A DNA stretch of 64,000 nt from Gemmatimonadota bacterium (GTDB lineage Bacteria; Gemmatimonadota; Gemmatimonadetes; Gemmatimonadales; Gemmatimonadaceae), in contig JAYEKC010000026.1 of assembly GCA_034716715.1 (NCBI GenBank), forward strand, positions 5,279 to 69,278, written 5' to 3'. Positions 9,435-16,565 of the stretch are shown here, piece after piece (within the stretch, counting starts at the first letter, position 1; the number at the start of each line of letters is the position of its first letter). The position numbers and the translations under genes were made by a program. Below the pieces are notes generated by a model. The model was not told the DNA's origin. It searched no databases and worked only from the letters and a program-made list of their open reading frames with translations.

Positions 9435-9836
9435 TTACTTCTTGGCCGGCGCCTTGAGCTTCTGGCGGACGGACATCAGTGCGTTCGCCGTGCCCGGGTT
9501 CTTCTTCATCACGTCCTCGAGCACCGTGATCATGATGCCGTCGTCGTCCACCAGTGTCGGCGCCGCGCCGAACCGCTTGCCGTGCCCCATGTGCCGCGCC
9601 GGGTCGATGACGAGGGGATCGGGCAGGATCACGTCGGTCGCGCCGTGCGCCACGCGCACGATCATGAACTTCTTCCCGGCTTTCTCCATGTAGCCGATGC
9701 AGACGCCGTCGGCGCTCGACGGCCAGGGCGGAATCTGGTGCGAGGCGCCGTCCGTGCCCTCGAACGTCTTGGTGCCGGGCTTGAGATTCGGGAAGTTCCG
9801 CTCGAAACCGCCGTGGTACATGTAGCAGTGATTCAT
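9435..9836 (-). CDS. Hypothetical protein (133 aa), family not recognised
   Basis: Balanced composition (K, M, F, N, H present) and strong G/C third-position bias. Lies directly upstream of the duplicated exported protein on the same strand. No obvious Shine-Dalgarno sequence. Confidence 0.6.
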   Translation of the reverse strand: MNHCYMYHGGFERNFPNLKPGTKTFEGTDGASHQIPPWPSSADGVCIGYMEKAGKKFMIVRVAHGATDVILPDPLVIDPARHMGHGKRFGAAPTLVDDDGIMITVLEDVMKKNPGTANALMSVRQKLKAPAKK

Positions 9837-9964
9837 GGAAATGGCTCGATTGAGGAGTGGATGTCCCGCAAACAGGCGGGTGCATGCCCCGCCCGCTCAA
9901 TGTCGCACCGGTGGCGCCGGAGCGTAAGGCTCGGCCCCGCGCGGACGGTGAATTGCGGTGGCCG

Positions 9965-10414
9965 TCAGGCTCCGAACTGCGTGAGGTGGTGGTTGAGGTG
10001 CTTCACGGCCAGCCGTGACTGGTAGCCAATCGTGTTCGCGCCGAAGATCGGGTGTACCTGCGCGGCCTGGCGCGGGTCGGTTGCCGCCAGCTGGTCCAGG
10101 CCCGCCAACAGCCGCGACCGCTGCGCGTCGAAATCGTGTCGTTCGGTCGCCACGAACTGCGGGGCCGTCTGGAGCTTTCCCTTCGGCCACGGCATCCCGA
10201 TCAGGAGCGCCCGGATCCACGATTTTGGCAACGGCGGCGGCTTCATCATCGCCTTATAGGGCACACGCCCAAGCGCGGCGTCGATCCCCTCGGCGCAGTG
10301 CCACAGCATCTGGTCCGGCGTCATCCGGCCCCAGCGCCGCTCGGAGTCCGGCCGCAGGGTTCCGATGCGCCGCTTGATTGCCTCTCGGGTGGCCGAATCG
10401 TGAATGTCCGGCAT
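9965..10414 (-). CDS. DinB-superfamily protein (DUF1569-like)
   Basis: Trimmed to ATG 10412-10414. Pattern RIGTLRPDSERRWGRMTPDQMLWHC...HPIFGANTIGYQSRLAVKHLNHHLTQFGA matches my memory of DUF1569. Confidence 0.65.
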   Translation of the reverse strand: MPDIHDSATREAIKRRIGTLRPDSERRWGRMTPDQMLWHCAEGIDAALGRVPYKAMMKPPPLPKSWIRALLIGMPWPKGKLQTAPQFVATERHDFDAQRSRLLAGLDQLAATDPRQAAQVHPIFGANTIGYQSRLAVKHLNHHLTQFGA

Positions 10415-10521
10415 CGTCGCTCCGGGCCGTGGGGGTTCCGAACTTGCCCGACTCCCCAAGTCTGACCAACTCCGGCTCCCGGCGCTAGAATGACCTTTCA
10501 CCCTCTTCGTCCGGTCTCGTC

Positions 10522-11934
10522 ATGCGCCTTCGTCACGCCGTGTCCCTTGTCGCCGCCCTCCTGGCGTCGCCCGCCGCCGCCCAGCAGCTCCCGCCCCACC
10601 AGCAGCTGCTCAGGGACGTGTACAAGGAACTCCTCGAGTACAACACGTCGAACATGACGTCAGGCACCACCGAGGCAGCCAACGCCATGGCCAGACGGTT
10701 CCGCGACGCCGGCTTCCCGGAGTCGGACATCTTCCTTGGCGGCGTCCGCCCCGACAAGCACAACCTCGTCGTCCGGTATCACGGCACCGGCGGCCCCAGC
10801 GGCCCCAGGCCCCTGCTGCTACTCGCCCACATCGACGTGGTCGAGGCGCTCAAGAGCGACTGGTCGCCCGACCTCGATCCGTTCAAGTTCATCGAGCGCG
10901 ACGGCTACTACTACGCACGTGGGTCGTCCGACGACAAGTCGATGGCCGCGATCTTCGTCGCCAACCTCCTGCGCATGAAGCAGGAGAACTACACGCCGGA
11001 CCGCGACATCATCCTCGCGCTCACGGCCGACGAGGAAGGGGGGTGCTGCAACGGCGTCCGCTGGCTCATCCAGAACCACCGCGACCTCGTGGACTCCTAC
11101 ATGGTCATCAACGAGGGCGGCGGCGGCTCGCTCCGCGACGACAAGCCGTTCCTCAACTCCATCCAGGCCACGCAGAAGAACGTCGTGAACTTCACCGTCA
11201 CGGCGAAGAATCGCGGTGGGCATTCGTCGGTTCCCCGCCCCGACAACGCGATCTACGAACTCGCCGAAGGCATCGTGCGGTTTTCGAAGTTCAGCTTCCC
11301 GGTGCACTTCAATGAAGTCACGCGGGCCTTCGTCGACCGCACGGCCGACGTCGAGGCGCCGGAGATGGGCCGCGCCATGAAGGCGCTCCTCCGCAACCCG
11401 AACGACGCGGCGGCCGCCGCGGTCGTCTCGAAGGATCCCCGCTACAACTCGATGCTCCGCTCCACCTGCGTCGCCACGATGCTCAAGGGCGGGCACGCCA
11501 CGAACGCCCTCCCCCAGACCGCCGAGGTGGGCATCAACTGCCGCATCCTCCCCGACGCCAAGCCGACCGAGATTCGCGAGGGCATCGTGAAGGCGCTGGC
11601 CGATACCGGCCTCGAAGTGTCGATGCCGCGTGACGGCGCCTATGTCGCACCGTCGTCCATCGGGCCGGAAATCATGGGGCCCGTCGAGCAGGTGACGAAG
11701 GAGTTGTTCGGCAACATCCCGGTGATTCCCACCATGTCCACGGGCGCCACCGACTCGCAGCCGTTCCGGGTGATCGGCATCCCGGCGTATGGCGTAAGCG
11801 GCATCATGGGCGACCCCGAGGACATCCGCGCCCACGGGCGCGACGAGCGGATGCGCATCAAGAGCCTCTACGACGGCCAGGAGTTCCTCTGGCGGCTCAC
11901 CAAGCTGCTGACGCCCGGGAAGCCGGTCCCGTGA
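10522..11934 (+). CDS. Exported M20-family metallopeptidase
   Basis: Signal peptide MRLRHAVSLVAALLASPAAAQQ. M20 blocks LLLLAHIDVVEA, ARGSSDDKS and ADEEGG. Confidence 0.85.
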   Translation: MRLRHAVSLVAALLASPAAAQQLPPHQQLLRDVYKELLEYNTSNMTSGTTEAANAMARRFRDAGFPESDIFLGGVRPDKHNLVVRYHGTGGPSGPRPLLLLAHIDVVEALKSDWSPDLDPFKFIERDGYYYARGSSDDKSMAAIFVANLLRMKQENYTPDRDIILALTADEEGGCCNGVRWLIQNHRDLVDSYMVINEGGGGSLRDDKPFLNSIQATQKNVVNFTVTAKNRGGHSSVPRPDNAIYELAEGIVRFSKFSFPVHFNEVTRAFVDRTADVEAPEMGRAMKALLRNPNDAAAAAVVSKDPRYNSMLRSTCVATMLKGGHATNALPQTAEVGINCRILPDAKPTEIREGIVKALADTGLEVSMPRDGAYVAPSSIGPEIMGPVEQVTKELFGNIPVIPTMSTGATDSQPFRVIGIPAYGVSGIMGDPEDIRAHGRDERMRIKSLYDGQEFLWRLTKLLTPGKPVP

Positions 11935-14096
11935 CCGGCGCGGCCATGCGGTTTGCCGCGCTCAACGCACGCGCGCGCCGCGGGCGCGGCCGCGCACGAC
12001 TCGGCGCCTGGCGGGCGGCCGCGCTGACGCTGACGCTGGCCGGCGCCCCCGGCCATGCCGTGGCGCAACAGGGCGCGACGGCCGCGGTCGCATCATGGAT
12101 CGTGGTGGACGCGCCCCCGGGCTCCGAGGGCCGCCCCGCGCTCAACAAGGTGTTCGCGGGTTGGACCGTGGACCGATGGGGCAACTACGCGAGGCGCGCC
12201 GGCCGCGGCACGCCCCGGCGCGTGGTCGCGTGTGCGCTCGACCAGTCGGGGTACGTCGTCAGCCAGGTCACCGACGAGGGATATCTCCGGTTGCGCCGCG
12301 CCGGCGCGGCGCCGCCCCACCCGCTCTGGGACCAGTTCCACGAAGGCCAGCGCATTCGCATCCTCACGCGAAACGGCGTCGTCAACGGCATCAGCGCCGT
12401 GGCCAACGGCCATTTCGCCGCCTTTCACCGCGCCGACTCGCTGCCCGCCACCATCGACGACCTCTGGATCGACGTTGGCGCCTCCTCGCGGGCGCAGGCC
12501 GAGGCGTTGGGCATCGCCCTTCTCGACCCCGTCATCTACGACCGGCCCGCCTGGACGTACGCGTCGTACGCAGCCGGGCCGAACGCCGGCGCGCGCGCCG
12601 GCTGCGCGGCCGTCGCCACGGCTGCTGCTGCCGGTGCGCCTGCGACCGGCGAAACCATCTACGTGCTCTCCACCCAGCGGATCTTCGGCTGGATGGGCCT
12701 CGGTGCGTTTCTCTCGGGCCTCGGGCCGGTCGATTCCGTCACGCTCTTCGACGAAGGCCGCGCGGTGGCGTACGACGGTGACCCGCTCGAAGCCGGCGGC
12801 GGCCGAGGTGGCCGCGGCGGGCGTGGCGGGCGCGGCGGCGGCGCGCAGGCCGTCCGTGCCGTTGTCCAGGGTGGAACCATGCGAGCCCTGCGGGTCGTGG
12901 CGCCGGCCGTGAGGTGGCCGGGCACCCTCGTCGAATCCATCACGGCCGACGACGCGCGCGCTCTCGTGTCCGCGGCGTTCGCCGCCGCCGGCGCCACGGC
13001 TCCGCCGGACAGCCCCGTGGCGCTCACGCTCGACACCGCACGCGTGCTTTCCCCACGCACCGATGCGTTCGGCGCGCTTGAGGCCCAGTTCCTCACGCTC
13101 GCCGACATGCCGGCCGCACCGGGGCACGAGTGGCGAGTGCGCAATGCGCTCCTTGCGGCCCTGCCGAAGTGGGCCCGCGATCGCGCCGTCACCGACAGCG
13201 CGGGCAACATCGTGGTGGAGGCCGGTCCCGACCGCGACCCGATGGCCATCATTGCCCACATGGACGAGGTGGGCTACGAGATCGCCGCCATCCTGCCCGA
13301 CGGGCGCGTCCAGCTCCGCACGCTTGGCGGCGCCGTGTCGACGGCGTGGGAAGGCCGGCCCGCGCTCCTGCATTTCGACGCCGGGCCGGATGGCCGCGCG
13401 CCGGAATCCCTCCGCGGCGTGTTCGTCCCGCGCGACAGCGCGCGCCTGCGCGCACCGGGCAACCTCGTCGCCTGGTTCGGCATGGACTCCGCCACCCTCG
13501 TCGCCCGCGGGGTCCACGCGGGACTGCCGGTCCTCGGCTACAAGCGGGGCGAGCGGTTGGCGGACGCCCGCCTCGTGGCACGTGCCAACGACGACCGCGC
13601 CGGGTCTACTGCATTGCTGTTCGCGGCGCGCCGAATCGATCCCTCGAAGCTCGTCCGCAAGACATGGTTCGTGTGGTCCGTTCGCGAGGAGGGCGGCCTC
13701 AACGGCGCTCGCGCATTCGGCGCCGAGCACGGACGCGAGCTGACGCGCGTGTACAGCATCGACACCTTCGTCTCGAGCGACACGCCGCTCGAGTCGCCGC
13801 ACTTCGCGTTCGCTCCCCTCGGGCGCGGTGCCGTCCTGCGCGGCCTCGACAACGGTGCCCTCACGCCGCCGGGCGAACGGCAGCGCATCCTCGCGATTGC
13901 GGCCGCCAAACGCATTCCCATCCAGGTGGGAACGACGTTCGGCAGCACGGATGGATCCGGCATCACCGCCTACGGACCGGTGAACACCTCGCTGTCCTGG
14001 CCGGGCCGCTATTCCCACTCGCCGGCCGAGGTGCTCGACCTGCGCGACGTGGAAGCCCTCGTGCGGCTGGTCGCCGCCCTCGCCGTGACGCCCTGA
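11931..14096 (+). CDS. Tandem M42-like aminopeptidase: degenerate N-terminal copy, intact C-terminal copy
   Basis: The C-terminal half has IIAHMDEVGYEI, ARANDDRAG and VREEGGLNGA (M42/FrvX-type metal-ligand blocks). The N-terminal half is collinear, but those blocks read VACALDQSGYVV and AAGPNAGARAG. The halves are joined by GGGRGGRGGRGGRGGG. The GTG start overlaps the M20 stop (GTGA); an alternative ATG is at 11946. Confidence 0.75.
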   Translation: MTGAAMRFAALNARARRGRGRARLGAWRAAALTLTLAGAPGHAVAQQGATAAVASWIVVDAPPGSEGRPALNKVFAGWTVDRWGNYARRAGRGTPRRVVACALDQSGYVVSQVTDEGYLRLRRAGAAPPHPLWDQFHEGQRIRILTRNGVVNGISAVANGHFAAFHRADSLPATIDDLWIDVGASSRAQAEALGIALLDPVIYDRPAWTYASYAAGPNAGARAGCAAVATAAAAGAPATGETIYVLSTQRIFGWMGLGAFLSGLGPVDSVTLFDEGRAVAYDGDPLEAGGGRGGRGGRGGRGGGAQAVRAVVQGGTMRALRVVAPAVRWPGTLVESITADDARALVSAAFAAAGATAPPDSPVALTLDTARVLSPRTDAFGALEAQFLTLADMPAAPGHEWRVRNALLAALPKWARDRAVTDSAGNIVVEAGPDRDPMAIIAHMDEVGYEIAAILPDGRVQLRTLGGAVSTAWEGRPALLHFDAGPDGRAPESLRGVFVPRDSARLRAPGNLVAWFGMDSATLVARGVHAGLPVLGYKRGERLADARLVARANDDRAGSTALLFAARRIDPSKLVRKTWFVWSVREEGGLNGARAFGAEHGRELTRVYSIDTFVSSDTPLESPHFAFAPLGRGAVLRGLDNGALTPPGERQRILAIAAAKRIPIQVGTTFGSTDGSGITAYGPVNTSLSWPGRYSHSPAEVLDLRDVEALVRLVAALAVTP

Positions 14097-14120
14097 TGCC
14101 ACGGGTCGCGGCGCGCGCGG

Positions 14121-14978
14121 TCAGCGCGCCACGACCCGCATCGCCGTTCCAGAAGGATCACGGACCGTGAAGCCGCGGTCATCGCCGCCCGGGAGGATTG
14201 CCGCTGCGGCGGACTCCAGGCGCGAGCGGAGGGAGCCAACCTCCGCCGTGTCGCCCGCGACGAGCTCCCAGTGCAACAGTTGCGCCTCGTCCGGCGCCGG
14301 CGTCGGCGCGCCGCGTGCCCACGTGTTCACGCCAAGGTGGTGATGGTATCCGCCCGCCGAGAGGAACAGGGCGCCGGGGTACGCACGCGTGACGACGTCG
14401 AAGCCGACCGCGCGCGAGTAGAACTCCTCGGCCGCGGCCAGCTCACCCACGTGCAGGTGCACGTGCCCGATGACGGTTCCCGCCGGCATCTCCGTCCACC
14501 CGGCGCCGGCGGCCGCGGCCGCAACGCCCTCCACGTCGAGCCGATCGGTCGCCATCGCCACGCCACCGCCCTCGCGCCGCCATTCCTCGCGAGGACGGTC
14601 CCGGTAGATCTCGATTCCCAGGCCGTCGGGATCGCTCAGGTACAGGGCTTCGCTCACGAGGTGGTCGGCCATCCCCAGCGCCACCCGGTTGCGATGCAGG
14701 TGCAGCAGCGCGCGGCCCAGCGCTGGCCGGTCGGGCACGAGGACGGCGAAGTGGTACAGGCCGAGCCTGCTGTGCGGACGAACGGGCTTCGCGCCCTGCT
14801 GCTCCACGAGCTCGACCAGCGCGCGGCGCGACCCGGGCGCGCCGAGCGCAGCACGCGACTCATCCGACGAGAGTAGCGTGAACCCGAGCAGGCCGCGATA
14901 GAACTCCAGCGATCGCGCGAGGTTGCCAACCTGCAGGCGCACGGCCCCCACGTGTGCAGCGTCGCTGAGTCGCGTCAT
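14121..14978 (-). CDS. VOC-family (glyoxalase / extradiol dioxygenase-like) protein, two VOC modules
   Basis: Two repeats of the beta-alpha-beta-beta-beta module (VRLQVGNLARSLEFYRGLLGF...; IGHVHLHVGELAAAEEFYSRAVGF...) plus GGYHHHLGVNTW. The ATG overlaps the CHAD-CYTH stop (ATGA). Confidence 0.8.
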   Translation of the reverse strand: MTRLSDAAHVGAVRLQVGNLARSLEFYRGLLGFTLLSSDESRAALGAPGSRRALVELVEQQGAKPVRPHSRLGLYHFAVLVPDRPALGRALLHLHRNRVALGMADHLVSEALYLSDPDGLGIEIYRDRPREEWRREGGGVAMATDRLDVEGVAAAAAGAGWTEMPAGTVIGHVHLHVGELAAAEEFYSRAVGFDVVTRAYPGALFLSAGGYHHHLGVNTWARGAPTPAPDEAQLLHWELVAGDTAEVGSLRSRLESAAAAILPGGDDRGFTVRDPSGTAMRVVAR

Positions 14979-16393
14979 CGGGCCAGGTTCATGTTGAGGT
15001 ACTCGGGCTCGTCCGTGACCTCACGGACGACGCAGCCGGCGAGCCACTCCGGCATCGGGACGTCGTCGCGCGTGGACGTGAGCTCGATTTCAGCGAGCAC
15101 GAGCCGGCGGTCGAGGAACATGTCCACCTCCCAGATTCGGCCCGCATCCGACACGCGATGGCGCCGCTTGCGAACACGCCGGCCCTTGGTCAGCGGCCAG
15201 AGCGCCTTGAATGTTGCGGCGCTGCAGGGTTCCTCGATTTCGAGGCGGGCGAGGCCGGTCCCGCTCTTGACGGTCCGCAGGTACGCGGTGCCTTCGGCCC
15301 CTCGCGCGCGCCGTACGCGTTCGACGAGCGCGGTGCCCGGCAGGTAGCCCTGGTCGATCACCACCGCGGGCGCAGCTTTTGCCTCGGCGGGAATGCGTCG
15401 CAACAGGTATTTCCGCTCGATCTCGACGCCCGCCCCGCCAATTTCGCGAAGCGCCAGCACCAGCCCGTGCACCAGCTCCGAGAGCCGGGCAAAATCGGTC
15501 GGCAGCCACGCGTCCGAGAACTCGTCCCAGGCTTCGTCCCGCCGCGCCCGCAGCCGCCGGATCAGGGCGTTGAGGCCACGCCGGGACGGCGCCTTGCCGC
15601 GCGCCTTTCCGCCTCCCGCCTTGGCGTGGCGTCGGAGGGTGCGGGCAAAGACGTGCGCGTCGTGCAGCGACCCCAGCTGGTCCTGCACGCGCTTGAGGAG
15701 TTCCACGGACTCGCCCGCCCCGTCGACGGCACCGACGACCGGCTCGACCAGGTACCGCAGGCGCTTGGCCGCAATTCGGGCGCGGTGGGCGGCCGCGTCG
15801 TCGTCCACGTCTTCCACCGCCGCCAGGCGCTCGCGCAGGTCGAGAAACGCGTCGTGGATGCGCACCGCCGCCGTGACAGCCCACCGATCGCCCGGCCGTT
15901 GGTCCCAGACCGCGACGGCGTAGCGCGAGAGATTCTTGCGCAGCCGGGCCGCAACCGATGCGAACTCCGTGGCCAGGGCGGCGCGGAATGCCGCATCGGC
16001 CCGCCGCTTCTCCTGGGCCAGCGATCGCTCGAGGGCGGCAATCCCCTCGCGCGCGCCGGGCTTGAGCGCCTTCCGCTGCGCGACGATCCACTCCTGGTGC
16101 ACCTCGATGTCGCGGCTGTCGTTGGTCGCACGCGCGAGGTCGCCGAGCCGCTCGAGCGCCTTCCGTCCGACGCTGTCCCGGAGGTCGTCGCGATAGGCGC
16201 GCAGCCAGCTGCGGAGCCGCCGCACGGCCACGCGGAAGTCGTGCAGGGCCTCCGCGTCCTTCGCGTCGTCGAGGCGGAGGCGCTCGGCCTCCACGCGGTC
16301 GAGCAGATGAAGCGCAACGGCGCGCGCGGCGCGCGGCGTCGGCTCCGGCAGTAGCGCCGCCACGTCGAGCCGGCCTGCCGGCGCAGTGGCCAT
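14975..16393 (-). CDS. CHAD domain followed by a C-terminal CYTH (triphosphate tunnel metalloenzyme) domain
   Basis: CHAD helices ALHDFRVAVRRLRSWLRAY and AAHRARIAAKRLRYLVE. CYTH signature VEIERKYLL...VLAEIEL at the C-terminus. Start set at ATG 16391-16393; an alternative ATG is at 16501. Confidence 0.75.
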   Translation of the reverse strand: MATAPAGRLDVAALLPEPTPRAARAVALHLLDRVEAERLRLDDAKDAEALHDFRVAVRRLRSWLRAYRDDLRDSVGRKALERLGDLARATNDSRDIEVHQEWIVAQRKALKPGAREGIAALERSLAQEKRRADAAFRAALATEFASVAARLRKNLSRYAVAVWDQRPGDRWAVTAAVRIHDAFLDLRERLAAVEDVDDDAAAHRARIAAKRLRYLVEPVVGAVDGAGESVELLKRVQDQLGSLHDAHVFARTLRRHAKAGGGKARGKAPSRRGLNALIRRLRARRDEAWDEFSDAWLPTDFARLSELVHGLVLALREIGGAGVEIERKYLLRRIPAEAKAAPAVVIDQGYLPGTALVERVRRARGAEGTAYLRTVKSGTGLARLEIEEPCSAATFKALWPLTKGRRVRKRRHRVSDAGRIWEVDMFLDRRLVLAEIELTSTRDDVPMPEWLAGCVVREVTDEPEYLNMNLAR

Positions 16394-16565
16394 GCCCGTG
16401 GCGGGGAGTGCCCCGGATGATGCTGGCGCCGGTTTTTCGTTGCCGCCGCGTGCTCGTGCCAACTCGCCCTCTTCCCGAATGTGCAGTGAGGCAATCATCA
16501 TACGACCATGCGCCGCCCCGTGCCACGACGCACGGGCGTGGCGCCGCGTACACCACGGAGCCTCG

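Noticed and set aside
12795-12843. GGC/CGN-rich repetitive DNA as a possible CRISPR array or non-coding tandem repeat (also seen at 18664-18729 and 36058-36118)
   Set aside because: The repeats lie in frame inside long ORFs with clear enzymatic domains. They have no spacer/repeat periodicity and encode Gly/Arg tracts. They are reported as protein-level repeats in the findings instead.
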